In this document: positions 41,905 to 51,826 of the stretch, in pieces
How the letters are laid out: the number at the start of each line of letters is the position of its first letter
Numbering within the stretch: the first letter of the stretch is position 1
Source of the DNA: Candidatus Altimarinota bacterium
Lineage (GTDB): Bacteria > Patescibacteriota > Gracilibacteria > CAIRYL01
Direction: 5' to 3'
DNA: 64,000 nucleotides
Assembly: GCA_965250085.1 (NCBI GenBank)
Contig: OZ252287.1
Coordinates: 992,001-1,056,000 of the forward strand
Made by a program: the position numbers and the translations under genes
Notes under the pieces: model-generated
What the model was told of the DNA's origin: nothing
The model's database searches: none
What the model saw: the letters and a program-made list of their open reading frames with translations, nothing else

Positions 41905-42612
41905 TTATACAGACTCTTTTCTTTGCAAGAGATCAAAGAATCTACATATGTTATCCCACAGCATTCCAAAAAGGATTTCTTGATCACAATCCTCAAGTAC
42001 CAATGTGATATTTTCGAACCAATCCTTCCTTAAAGCTCTTAATGCAGAACGAACTACTACCATATTTCTTTCAAAATCAATAGATGCTGGCTCAGCATTT
42101 GTATGCGGGAACATTGTATGAAGAGGAAATGCCAGTCTTTTCGCTGGGGGTATAGTCGACTTCCCGTTGTTCCAACCTTTATGCGCGGTTTTTAAAATAC
42201 CTAAAATTCTTTTTCTGAATACTTCCTTTTTCTCCTTTATCGTAGAGGGCCAGAGTACACCATCCCAATCAAAACCTGCCTCATCAAGGGAGAGTGCATG
42301 AATCAAACTCTTCACACCCGCTTTCTGTAAATCGCATACGCGAGCTCCAGAACTTGTGATAATTTCTCTTCTTCCTGAAGCCTTAAAAATTTTACTCGCA
42401 TAGTCAAAAGGATCATGACCCGATCGATTTGTTGATAAGTTTTTTATCCTTTCTTCGAGAGTCCCGTCAGCAACACTCCTACTAGAAGATCGAGAGATTA
42501 CCAGGGAATCTACACCACGTATAGGAAATTCTCCACTACGAAGAGTTACTGAAGACCCCGAATTACTTACCGTTTTTGTAATATTCAAGGCGCAAGATAG
42601 AATTTCACCCAT
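41905..42612 (-). CDS. Divergent macro-domain-like protein
   Basis: VTLRSGE..VDSLV, GVKSLIHAL, KRLAFP and terminal ITLVL strands follow the macro-domain motif order. Confidence 0.55.
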   Translation of the reverse strand: MGEILSCALNITKTVSNSGSSVTLRSGEFPIRGVDSLVISRSSSRSVADGTLEERIKNLSTNRSGHDPFDYASKIFKASGRREIITSSGARVCDLQKAGVKSLIHALSLDEAGFDWDGVLWPSTIKEKKEVFRKRILGILKTAHKGWNNGKSTIPPAKRLAFPLHTMFPHTNAEPASIDFERNMVVVRSALRALRKDWFENITLVLEDCDQEILFGMLWDNICRFFDLLQRKESV

Positions 42613-42631
42613 ATAAACTTAAAAGAAACTC

Positions 42632-42659
42632 ATTATAATATTTTATATTTCTTTGTCAA
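42632..42659 (-). promoter_or_regulatory. Sigma-70-like promoter overlapping the sufS 3' end
   Basis: TTGACA-16 nt-TATAAT upstream of 42612. Confidence 0.65.
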
Positions 42660-43854
42660 TAAATATATTTTCAGCATCCTGAAGTTCTTCCACAAGAGCA
42701 TCAATATCACTCAGGTCGTTATATATCCAAAAACTTGCTCTTACAGAACCATGTGCGAGTTTTAGAAATTGGTGAGCAGGCTCTGCACAGTGCAAACCAC
42801 TGCGGACACAAATATTTTTGGTATCCAAAAACTGAGCGAGATCATGAGGATGGATTTTTGGATGGAAAAAAGAAATGACACCTGCTCTCTTTTTTGGATC
42901 ATGCGGACCGATAACCCTAAGATCTGGAAGCTTTTTCGCAAACACTTCCAGTGCATGCGCCATAAGCTCTTGATCGTGCGCTTGTATTTTTTGTCTTCCT
43001 GTTTTTTCCAAAAAATCACATGCAACTCCAAGTCCAACTGCTTCTGCAAGAGCCGGTGTGCCGGCTTCAAATCGCTCCGGAGGGAGAAGTGGTATAAATT
43101 TCTCTAGAGAGACAGCATCCACCATATCTCCCCCCAAAAGAAGTGGAGGGAGTTGCTCTAGAAGTTCTTTTTTGCAATACAGTCCTCCAGTACCTCCTGT
43201 TGCCCCCATTTTATGTCCGGTAAAAAATGCCGCATCTACTCCAAGCTCAGCAAAATTTATAGGAAGTTTTGGTGCACTCTGACAAGCATCTAAAAATGTT
43301 TTCGCACCATATGTTTTTGCAAGTTTGGCTATTTCCTGCACTGGAAAAATCTGCCCGGTAACATTTGAAACATGCGGGAAGGTGATAATTTTTGTCTTTG
43401 AAGTGACCAGTTTTTCAAAATCTTCCACAGTAAACACTCCATCCACATCTGGGGTTACAAACTTGAGGACAATTCCGTTCTCATCTCTAAGTCGCATCCA
43501 AGGAAGCAAATTAGCATGATGTTCGGCAATTGTAAGCATGACCTCATTACCTTTTTGTAAAAATTGTGCTCCAAAAGAATGTGCAAAGAGATTGGCGGCT
43601 TCTGTTCCATTTTTGGTAAAAACTATTTCTTCTTTTTTCACTCCAAAAAATGAAGCCACTTTTTGTCGTGCTTCATCGTACAACTTCGTTGCCTCTAGAG
43701 AGAGGGAATACATGCCACGATGAATATTGGCATATTTTGTTTCATGTATCTCTCGCACGGCATCAAGGACTACTTTTGGCTTCTGAGCAGATGCTGCAGA
43801 GTCCAGGAAGATAAGATCTGGGTGGGCTGAGAAGATGGGAAAGAGGTTTTTCAT
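42643..43854 (-). CDS. sufS: Cysteine desulfurase, SufS family
   Basis: FLDSAASAQKP, ANIHRG, TGHKM, FEAGTP, RSGLHCA. Confidence 0.95.
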   Translation of the reverse strand: MKNLFPIFSAHPDLIFLDSAASAQKPKVVLDAVREIHETKYANIHRGMYSLSLEATKLYDEARQKVASFFGVKKEEIVFTKNGTEAANLFAHSFGAQFLQKGNEVMLTIAEHHANLLPWMRLRDENGIVLKFVTPDVDGVFTVEDFEKLVTSKTKIITFPHVSNVTGQIFPVQEIAKLAKTYGAKTFLDACQSAPKLPINFAELGVDAAFFTGHKMGATGGTGGLYCKKELLEQLPPLLLGGDMVDAVSLEKFIPLLPPERFEAGTPALAEAVGLGVACDFLEKTGRQKIQAHDQELMAHALEVFAKKLPDLRVIGPHDPKKRAGVISFFHPKIHPHDLAQFLDTKNICVRSGLHCAEPAHQFLKLAHGSVRASFWIYNDLSDIDALVEELQDAENIFIDKEI

Positions 43855-43934
43855 TGCTTTTTGCTTCGACAAAGTGTAATATATAAACACTAAATGTCCT
43901 TCGGGACCACCCCGTCGTAAGGCGGGGGTAAAAA

Positions 43935-44333
43935 TCAGAGACCAGTAGGCCGTACAAGCTCACTGGTTTTTTTATAGAGTTTTGCAAAATCTTCTTTTGA
44001 TATTCTTCCAATTTTATGAGAAAGCCTTTTGGCATCTAACAAGCGCATTTGCGAAAGGATCGCAACACTTTCTTGCTCTCTAAGAAAGGAAAACTGAAAA
44101 TAGAACTTTCCTGTTTTTGACGTCCTCGTAAGGGGAATAGCTATAAAAACACTATTGCTAAATTTTTTTAATATTACAATTGGGCGCAAAAACTGGCCTC
44201 CTTTTCCATCTTGTTCAAAACCAATGTTTGTTCCCAATGCAGCATAGAAAATATCTCGTTCTCGGAAGAAACGCTGTTTCTTTTGAAGATGAAGATATTT
44301 CTTCTGTCGATTCCATTGGTCGAAATTTTTCAT
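43935..44333 (-). CDS. PemK/MazF family endoribonuclease toxin
   Basis: RDIFYAALGTNIGFEQDG..RPIVIL..IAIPLT..ILSQMRLLDAKRL. Confidence 0.85.
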   Translation of the reverse strand: MKNFDQWNRQKKYLHLQKKQRFFRERDIFYAALGTNIGFEQDGKGGQFLRPIVILKKFSNSVFIAIPLTRTSKTGKFYFQFSFLREQESVAILSQMRLLDAKRLSHKIGRISKEDFAKLYKKTSELVRPTGL

Positions 44334-44340
44334 GCAAGCA

Positions 44341-44889
44341 TTATGACACGATATTTGGGGATTTTAAAAATCCTTGGAGCAACAAATCTTTTCCTTCCTC
44401 AGGAGCAATCCCCCGTGATTCCAGGTAGAAAAAAAGTTCCTCATCAAATGGAGCAATGGTCGCCCCATGTCCAGCGGATGATACGTTTTCTGTTTCCACC
44501 CGGAGAATAGGGAGGGCGTGGCCACGAGCTTCTGGGGAAAAGAGTACAATTTTTTCATTAATCTCCATTCCCCCCGCTTCCGAATCTTTGCCCACCACAC
44601 CACTTCCATCAAATCGAAGAAGAGAGGCATCATCCGCAATTCCCTTGAGATCCAGTTCACCAGATTGATTTTTTCCGTTCAAAGTAATGTTTACTTTCCA
44701 GTTTTTTGTATCTCTTCCACTTGTTTTTACAATACCAAAAACTTTTACGGAAGCATTATTTCCCTCAAGAATGATTTGAAGATCAAAGTCCCGTGAACCC
44801 TCACTGAGATCTTCCAGTAGCAGTTGTAGTGCTTGCTCTTCTTTAAGAGTTATAGTTTTTTGACCCTGTGGGTTTTTCATAATGGCCAT
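44341..44889 (-). CDS. sufD: Short SufD-like Fe-S scaffold protein
   Basis: PILRVETENV..GHGATIA.FDEELFFYLESRGI; position after sufB. Confidence 0.8.
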   Translation of the reverse strand: MAIMKNPQGQKTITLKEEQALQLLLEDLSEGSRDFDLQIILEGNNASVKVFGIVKTSGRDTKNWKVNITLNGKNQSGELDLKGIADDASLLRFDGSGVVGKDSEAGGMEINEKIVLFSPEARGHALPILRVETENVSSAGHGATIAPFDEELFFYLESRGIAPEEGKDLLLQGFLKSPNIVS

Positions 44890-44907
44890 ATATTTGAATT
44901 TGATGAA

Positions 44908-46350
44908 TTACCCCACACTTCCCTCCATCTCCAATTCGATGAGCCTATTGAGTTCTACCGCATATTCCAAAGGAAGAGTCTTAGTGATTTCCTCCAAAAA
45001 TCCATTCACGATGATTCCTTTTGCCTCTTCTTCAGAAAGTCCGCGAGTTTGCAGATAAAACAAAACTTCTTCAGAGATCTTCCCAGCACTGGCTTCATGG
45101 ATCACACTCGCAGAGTCAGCTTCATTCTTAATAGTGGGAATGGTATCACTTACCGACTGATCAAACAGAAGGGCATCACACTCTACGTTCACAATAGCGT
45201 TTTTTGCTGTCTTTTTTACGTCCACTAATCCTCGATAGGTAGAAATACCACCTTTCTTAGAAATGCTCTTAGAAGTAATATAGGCTTTCGATTCCTCTCC
45301 AAGGAGAATGACCTTCGCTCCTGTGTCTTGATTTTGTCCGCCACTGGCAACGGCAATACTCAAATGATCCGCGCGTGCGTTTTTTCCCGAAAGCACGGAA
45401 CACGGATACAGCATTGTCACTTGCGAGCCCATGTTGCCCCCCACCCACTCCATTCGAGCATTTTCTGAGACCAGTGCCCGTTTGGTATTGAGATTATAGG
45501 TATCCTTTGACCAATTTTCGACTGATGAATATCGGAATCTTGCATTTTTCCCAACATACACTTCTACACATCCAGCATGAAGCGCATTTGATCCGTATTT
45601 GGGAGCACTACACCCTTCAATATATTCTGCATCGGCCTCATTTTCAATAATGATAAGAGTATGTTCAAACTGGCCCATTCCCTGAGCATTCATTCGAAAG
45701 TATGCTTGCATTGGTTGCGTTACTTTTACACCCCTGGGCACATAAAGGAACGTTCCTCCAGAAAATACTGCTCCATGTAAAGCCGCATACTTATGATCCG
45801 TATATGGCACACATTTCATAAAATATTTTTTAACCAATTCTTCGTGCTCTCTTACAGCTGTGTCAAAGTCTTCAAAAATAACCCCCTGAGATGCCCATTC
45901 TTCTTTCAAGTTGTGATACACATTTTTACTTTCATACTGTGCTCCAACTCCAGCAAGCATTGCCCGCTCTGCCTCTGGAATTTTTAAGCGCTCAAAGGTT
46001 GCCTTAATTTCTGGATCCACATCATCCCATGATTTTGCATATCCTTCAGTTACCAGTGGATTTGCATAGAAGTAAATTTCGTCAAAGTTAAGATCAGAAA
46101 GGTCCACTCCCCAAGTAGGATTTGGGGTTTTTAAAAAATATTGTAGTGCTTTGAGGCGGTGGTCCAGTAGCCACTCAGGCTCATTTTTTTCAGCAGAAAT
46201 TTTTCGTACTACATGTTCAGAAATACCCCGGTCTTCTTTTTCTATATATTCGGAAGAATTATGTGCGTCTAAATCAACTCGTCCCATGGTTGAAAAATCT
46301 ACTTCGGGAGTTCCGATTTCAGCCGTAATGGGAGAATGAGGAGAATTCAT
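44908..46350 (-). CDS. sufB: Fe-S cluster assembly protein SufB
   Basis: GVGAQYES, YIEGCSAP, YNLNTKR, LPLEYAVELNRL..MEGSVG. Confidence 0.97.
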   Translation of the reverse strand: MNSPHSPITAEIGTPEVDFSTMGRVDLDAHNSSEYIEKEDRGISEHVVRKISAEKNEPEWLLDHRLKALQYFLKTPNPTWGVDLSDLNFDEIYFYANPLVTEGYAKSWDDVDPEIKATFERLKIPEAERAMLAGVGAQYESKNVYHNLKEEWASQGVIFEDFDTAVREHEELVKKYFMKCVPYTDHKYAALHGAVFSGGTFLYVPRGVKVTQPMQAYFRMNAQGMGQFEHTLIIIENEADAEYIEGCSAPKYGSNALHAGCVEVYVGKNARFRYSSVENWSKDTYNLNTKRALVSENARMEWVGGNMGSQVTMLYPCSVLSGKNARADHLSIAVASGGQNQDTGAKVILLGEESKAYITSKSISKKGGISTYRGLVDVKKTAKNAIVNVECDALLFDQSVSDTIPTIKNEADSASVIHEASAGKISEEVLFYLQTRGLSEEEAKGIIVNGFLEEITKTLPLEYAVELNRLIELEMEGSVG

Positions 46351-46359
46351 AAAAAAATG

Positions 46360-47133
46360 CTATTCATGAAAACCATGAGAAATACAATTTTTACAGGCTT
46401 CAAATGCAGAAAATCCTTGAGAGTGAACCTTTTCGGCTACTTCTTTTCCTCCAGAGTGAACAATACGACCATCGCAAAAAATATGAATTTTAGTAGGAGA
46501 GAGGAGATGCAAAATCTTTTCTTGGTGCGTCACTAAGACAACACTTGTGTTTCCTGGTGCTAAAAATTCATTTATCCCATCTACAACTGCCTTGAGGGCG
46601 TCTACATCTATTCCAGAATCAATTTCATCGAGAAATGCAAGCCTCGCTCCCAAAGTGAGAAGTGACACGATCTCCATTTTTCTTCGTTCACCACCGGAAG
46701 CTCCTTCATTAAGATATCTTTTTGCAAATTTTTGGGAGAGATTCATTGCCTTTAAATTTTCTTTCATATTTTTTTTAAACTTCATAATATTCTGAGATTT
46801 TTCGCCTTCAGCAACATACGCTTTTTCAGAAGCTCTAAGAGCGTCTTCTGCAGACACACCCGCAATCGCTGGAGGAGATTGATGCGCAAGAAAAATTCCT
46901 TTCCGAGCTCTTTCCCATGTTTCAAGCTCATCAAGATCTTTACCTTCAAATACCATCTTTCCTTTTGTCTTTTGGTAGAGAGGATGGGCCAGTAGTACTT
47001 TTCCTAAAGTTGATTTTCCGCTTCCATTCGGACCAAGAAGAACATGAAGCTCACCTGGAGAAATCGTAAGATCTACACCTTGCAGAATAGGAGTGTGCTC
47101 AAACTGGGCATAAAGATTTTGAATAACAAGCAT
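46360..47133 (-). CDS. sufC: Fe-S cluster assembly ATPase SufC
   Basis: GPNGSGKSTL, RYLNEGASGGE, LDEIDSGIDVDA. Confidence 0.95.
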   Translation of the reverse strand: MLVIQNLYAQFEHTPILQGVDLTISPGELHVLLGPNGSGKSTLGKVLLAHPLYQKTKGKMVFEGKDLDELETWERARKGIFLAHQSPPAIAGVSAEDALRASEKAYVAEGEKSQNIMKFKKNMKENLKAMNLSQKFAKRYLNEGASGGERRKMEIVSLLTLGARLAFLDEIDSGIDVDALKAVVDGINEFLAPGNTSVVLVTHQEKILHLLSPTKIHIFCDGRIVHSGGKEVAEKVHSQGFSAFEACKNCISHGFHE

Positions 47134-47266
47134 TTTTGTGTATACCAAAATAGACAGATTGTTCCAGACCCAAATGCTATCATGGGCGAGAGAAATATGT
47201 CTAACAAAAACCATGAAGACGTTTTCTCCTCTTTTCTGTCAGGGGATATCTATAATATGAGATCTT

Positions 47267-47641
47267 CTAATTCTGAGAGGTTTCTTCTTCACTCTTCGCT
47301 ACGGCAGAGGTTCCTTTCAGATAGAGTGGAGATTCAGCATTCACCATTTTTTTCACCTGCCCATTTTCTTCAAGATTGTCGAGTGCTTCGGTTCCAGCAA
47401 TTTGCATTGCCAAAACTTCATTCGAAAGCATCAAATCAGCGCGCTGTTCTTGAAGAGTTTTGAGATGAAATCCTTGTGTAGCCTGAGAATTCGCAAAAAA
47501 GAGAAAAGATAACGAAAGCAACGAAAGAACAAGTCCCATGACAATGAGAACCATTGTTATCCCAATTTCTAGCCGTTTCGAGAGAGGTTTTTTGCGAATA
47601 GGAATAGGGGATGATCTTCTGGGCAGAGTGATTATGCTCAT
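47267..47641 (-). CDS. ftsL: FtsL-like cell division protein
   Basis: Single TM plus coiled coil; overlaps the rsmH stop. Confidence 0.6.
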   Translation of the reverse strand: MSIITLPRRSSPIPIRKKPLSKRLEIGITMVLIVMGLVLSLLSLSFLFFANSQATQGFHLKTLQEQRADLMLSNEVLAMQIAGTEALDNLEENGQVKKMVNAESPLYLKGTSAVAKSEEETSQN

Positions 47642-48591
47642 GGGTTATGTAAAGAAAGAGAAGGGGAAGATGTCCTTTTAGCAACCCTCATTCGAGCAGA
47701 TCGAGCTCGAGGATTTTTTTCAATTTCTTTACGAGACGGGAGTATAGCTCGTTTTGTTATGACTCGCAATGGCAATGGCGATGGCTTTTGAACACTTTGA
47801 GAAGAGGGGTATTTTTGCTTTTTTTGGAGAGCATCGCTGTGGGATCGAAAGAATTCTTTTACGAGCCTGTCCTCCAGAGAGTGAAATGAAATGACAACAA
47901 TCTTACCACTTGGTTTCAAGAGATTTACTGCTTGAGGCAAAGCTTTTTGCAAGTTTTCTAGCTCATGATTTACGGCAATTCGTAATGCCTGAAAGATGAG
48001 TTTTGCGGGATGTTTTTTTCTTCCAGAGGAATGAGAAATGATAAATTCGGAAAGATCCTTCGTGGAAGAAAATGGTTGTGAATTACGGCGCTCCACTATT
48101 TTTCGGGAATAAAAGAAGTGCCTTTTTTCTTCTCCAAAGTTTTTAAAAATTTCAGAAAGCTCGTTTTCAGAAGCAGTATTAATAATATCTGAAGCATTTG
48201 TTTGGAGAGAAAGATCCATTCTCATGTCAAGTGGACCATTGTGTCGAAAAGAAAATCCGCGCGCTGGGTCATCAACATGAAGAGATGAAATTCCAAGATC
48301 AAATAAAATGCCATCAACTGTATCAATATTTTTCTTTTGCAACTCAGTTTGCATGCAAGAAAAGTTTTTTGGAATCACTACGAGGGAAGGATATTTTTTT
48401 TTAAGCCGCTTTTCTGCAATCAGTTGATTGCGCTCATCATGCTCAAAAGCGATCAATTTTCCACCAGGGTTGATACGTTTTAGAATTTCTTCTGCATGAC
48501 CACCTGTACCAAGGGTCATGTCTACAAAAATCTGTCCTGGAGAAGGATCAAATGAGCCTAAAACCTCGTGTAGAAGCACTGGAATGTGCAT
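47638..48591 (-). CDS. rsmH: 16S rRNA m4C1402 methyltransferase
   Basis: HIPVLL, DMTLGTGGHA, DLGISS, PLDMRMD, FHSLEDR, NPRARSA. Confidence 0.97.
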   Translation of the reverse strand: MHIPVLLHEVLGSFDPSPGQIFVDMTLGTGGHAEEILKRINPGGKLIAFEHDERNQLIAEKRLKKKYPSLVVIPKNFSCMQTELQKKNIDTVDGILFDLGISSLHVDDPARGFSFRHNGPLDMRMDLSLQTNASDIINTASENELSEIFKNFGEEKRHFFYSRKIVERRNSQPFSSTKDLSEFIISHSSGRKKHPAKLIFQALRIAVNHELENLQKALPQAVNLLKPSGKIVVISFHSLEDRLVKEFFRSHSDALQKKQKYPSSQSVQKPSPLPLRVITKRAILPSRKEIEKNPRARSARMRVAKRTSSPSLSLHNP

Positions 48592-48647
48592 GTACCGTCA
48601 AGAAATTGAAAAAAATGAGAGGTGCTGTTAAGGATCAGAGGAAAAGG

Positions 48648-48678
48648 TGTGAACAAATTGTGAACAAATTGTGGATAA
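48648..48678 (-). promoter_or_regulatory. Three tandem DnaA-box-like 9-mers at 11-bp period
   Basis: TGTGAACAA-at-TGTGAACAA-at-TGTGGATAA; the last is the perfect complement of TTATCCACA. Confidence 0.65.
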
Positions 48679-48886
48679 AAAATTTGATCTCCGATCACGG
48701 TTTGTATTGTGCCAAAGGGGAATATCGCAAGTCAAATTTTTTTTAATTTTGGGATAGCGTTCCGCATAAGAAGTGTTCATTTTTTGTGAACAGCACATTA
48801 AATAAATGGCTATACAGAAACGCATGCAGCGAGTTTTTTCTTATTTTTGAAAATCACTTTTCAAAAACAAAAATTGTTGTAGTATT

Positions 48887-49465
48887 TTATCGGATGCGAA
48901 CTAAATTTGTGTTCTCTGTTTGCCATATTTCAGACTGGCTTTTTGGGGAAAGGTCTCCAGAATTTACGAAAAATATGTCATTTTCAGAAAAATTTTTCCA
49001 AATCTCTCTTTTTGTAAAAAACGAATCTTCTCCAGAGAAATTTGCACTGGTAGAAATAAGAGGTTTTTTCCAAAAATTCAGGAATTTTTGAACTTCTTTA
49101 TCGATTGGAACTCGAATACCCACAAGATCATGCTCTGGAAAGAAATCTTTTAGAATTTTCTTCTTAGGAAGTAAAACAGTGGTCGGAACATCTGCCTCCT
49201 TCCACCTGCGGACAGCAAATGATTTGAGCGGATCTTCCAAGATTCCATACTTTTCAGCTTCGCATTCATTCGTAACCAGTAAGAGAAAAGGCTTTGAAGC
49301 AGAACGATTTTTTATTTTTTGAATTTTTTGAATCGATTCCTTAGAAAAAGGATCAGCAGAAAATCCATAGCTCGTGTCACTGGGAAAGATACATACTTCT
49401 CCTGCACTGAGTTCTTCACAGATGCGTCCAAAGTTTTTTTCCTGGAAAGATATTTCTTTCATCAT
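48887..49465 (-). CDS. tsaC: Threonylcarbamoyl-AMP synthase (YrdC/Sua5)
   Basis: FPSDTSYG, KNR..KP, VGIRVP, PLISTSAN. Confidence 0.92.
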   Translation of the reverse strand: MMKEISFQEKNFGRICEELSAGEVCIFPSDTSYGFSADPFSKESIQKIQKIKNRSASKPFLLLVTNECEAEKYGILEDPLKSFAVRRWKEADVPTTVLLPKKKILKDFFPEHDLVGIRVPIDKEVQKFLNFWKKPLISTSANFSGEDSFFTKREIWKNFSENDIFFVNSGDLSPKSQSEIWQTENTNLVRIR

Positions 49466-49558
49466 GATTTCTGTCTATGTATGGGGAGTATATATCGAGA
49501 TAAAGCATTTGACAAAATATAAAAAATATGAAATATTGACATCCAAATTTATACTCAT

Positions 49559-50575
49559 ATGAAATTTCTCCACCCATTTCCGAGAAAAAGCAGAAAGCTC
49601 GCACTTTCATTTGATTATGTACATGATAGATACATGCTCCTTCCGGGTTATCTGGAAAAATTTGCATTATACCTCAAGATTTTTGCAGTGATTTTGGGGT
49701 GTATTCTTTTCTTTGGATTATGGCGTTTATGGGGAGGGGATTTGATGCGATTTGTAAAACCCCTCTTGCCACAAGGAGCACCAGAGATAACAGTTGTTCC
49801 TCATGTATACACAGCTCACTTACAAGGGCAGCAGGATGCATGGGAGACATGGGAAGCTTCCCTCGAGGAAGTTTCCGTCCACAGTTTAGATGCAGTGCAC
49901 AAGATCCCTCGATATGCAGCAGAAAACGCACATATTTTTACTCCTCAGGTGCACCTTCCTCTCTTGGATATGCACATGTTGCAGTCAGAAGGGTCTACTT
50001 TTGTAGCTGGGTTTGAGCCACGTATAGCCACTATGGCTCGGAATATAATGATTCCTTTTACGTTAGGAAACACAGAGTTTCCTTCGAGATTAGCGGCAGA
50101 ACTCGCGTTACTCAGAACTCTGACAGAATTTAATCGTATTGAGATCCAGCAGTATGTATCTTCGTCGCCATTCAAAAGCGAAAAAATGAATGAGTATCTT
50201 GCGCGAGCAGAGCACTTGAATATTGTCAGTCGCCAAACTCTCGCCAATATCAGTGCACGAAAAAATAAGGAGCAAGAACAGGAAGAAGGGTTTCAAATCG
50301 TAGCGAACCAGAAAGAGGAGAACGTGATAGAAGCTCTACGTGCTTTTGCTGCCCAAAAGACAGAAAAGAACCTCAACGAACTTGTCATGAATAAACAAGA
50401 AGGAGTAGATGCCACAGCTCACAAAGGCCTTTTGAGTACTCTAGAAGAGCAATTTACCTCAGAGCTCAATATACTTGCTCGGTATGTAAATGCTGTGGAA
50501 CAAAACAAAGAAGCTCTTATTGCGGGGGTAACAGTAACGCCAGTACGAGGAGTGGATTTGGGGTTGATTGAATAG
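49559..50575 (+). CDS. Membrane-anchored coiled-coil hypothetical protein
   Basis: TM near aa 38-58, helical C-terminus. Confidence 0.7.
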   Translation: MKFLHPFPRKSRKLALSFDYVHDRYMLLPGYLEKFALYLKIFAVILGCILFFGLWRLWGGDLMRFVKPLLPQGAPEITVVPHVYTAHLQGQQDAWETWEASLEEVSVHSLDAVHKIPRYAAENAHIFTPQVHLPLLDMHMLQSEGSTFVAGFEPRIATMARNIMIPFTLGNTEFPSRLAAELALLRTLTEFNRIEIQQYVSSSPFKSEKMNEYLARAEHLNIVSRQTLANISARKNKEQEQEEGFQIVANQKEENVIEALRAFAAQKTEKNLNELVMNKQEGVDATAHKGLLSTLEEQFTSELNILARYVNAVEQNKEALIAGVTVTPVRGVDLGLIE

Positions 50576-50648
50576 TTTTTTTTATTAAAAATACCCACTC
50601 TTTTTTCGATATTTTCATCCGCAAAATTAAAGACAGTATACATTACTA

Positions 50649-51794
50649 TTAAACAGGGAATTCAATAACTACTATATCAGGATCAGATGACCTTATTCTT
50701 CCTTCAAACTCAGGAGGTGCAATCATGTCCAGATAGGTTTCTCTTTTGTGCAGACCTGTACCGCTACTGGTAATGTGATATGTTTCTCGTTCTCCATCTG
50801 TTACCACAAAGTTTCCGAGATTATAGCGCCTATCCCACTCATTGAGAGGATTCTCTATGCACAAACTTGCAAGAAAATTCTTCAAACGAGGGCTATTGCC
50901 TACTGTTCTATAAAAATCTATGAGTTTTTTACCGCAGCCATGTGTATGACCAGACACAGAAATATTGATATGGATATTACTGTCCATAAAACCTTGTTGT
51001 ATTTGGCGTATTCCAACGGGCTCATGTGTTGAAACAATAGCAATATCATCAGGTGGAACTTTATAATCTACTCCCAGTGCATTTTGTATGATTTCTTTTA
51101 TGTTTCCCATGTCATCTCTCAAATGACTCCCAAGACAAATAAGGTGCATATTTTTTTGACCAATCGGAACAGACATATATTCATTCTGAAGAAACAAAAA
51201 TCCTAGTTCTGACATTCTTTCTCTCAGACCTGGAAGCAATTCTGGTGAAAACCCTTCGTAGTCGTGATTCCCAGGAGTTGCAATAATTGTTCCATCGTGT
51301 TCTGCGAGTGGTTCCAAAATTTTACTAAGGGATAAAAATGAATCTTGAGAGAATTTGTCAGTGATATCTCCGCATAAAATTATTACATCAGCTCTTATTT
51401 TTTTTACAAATTCAATTACTCTTTGTGACATCTCTACATTATACTCTGCAAGATGTAGGTCTGAAATGACCACAAGACGTCGAATGTCTTCTCTTTTTTG
51501 GGGCTGTACGAATGTCTCAGCATCGGGAGAGCAAGCACCTTCATATATAATCCTATTCAAGGAGTATTTGTACCTTTGAATTTTTAAATTCAATGCATCT
51601 CCAGAATTAAATCTTTCATTAATATTATGAATAAATAAATCCCTATAATATTCTGTTTCTCGAAAAAACTGTGCCCCTCCCAATCCGAAGCAACCAGCGC
51701 CAAGTGTTCCCAAAGCTGCCTTTAAGAAACTCCTTCTGGAAGGATTTTTTTCGTTGAGTGATAGGTCTATATTTTCAGGAGAGGATGAAGGCAT
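50649..51794 (-). CDS. Calcineurin-like metallophosphoesterase with a twin-arginine motif
   Basis: SDLH, GD..D, GNHD, HEP, GHTH; N-terminal SRRSFLK plus hydrophobic stretch. Confidence 0.85.
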   Translation of the reverse strand: MPSSSPENIDLSLNEKNPSRRSFLKAALGTLGAGCFGLGGAQFFRETEYYRDLFIHNINERFNSGDALNLKIQRYKYSLNRIIYEGACSPDAETFVQPQKREDIRRLVVISDLHLAEYNVEMSQRVIEFVKKIRADVIILCGDITDKFSQDSFLSLSKILEPLAEHDGTIIATPGNHDYEGFSPELLPGLRERMSELGFLFLQNEYMSVPIGQKNMHLICLGSHLRDDMGNIKEIIQNALGVDYKVPPDDIAIVSTHEPVGIRQIQQGFMDSNIHINISVSGHTHGCGKKLIDFYRTVGNSPRLKNFLASLCIENPLNEWDRRYNLGNFVVTDGERETYHITSSGTGLHKRETYLDMIAPPEFEGRIRSSDPDIVVIEFPV

Positions 51795-51826
51795 TTATGT
51801 TATATATATAAATTAAAGTTTGTTAA

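Noticed and set aside
44341-44889. sufD pseudogene
   Set aside because: Frame is intact and keeps the C-terminal HGA..FYL.SRG motif; a minimal SufD is more likely than decay
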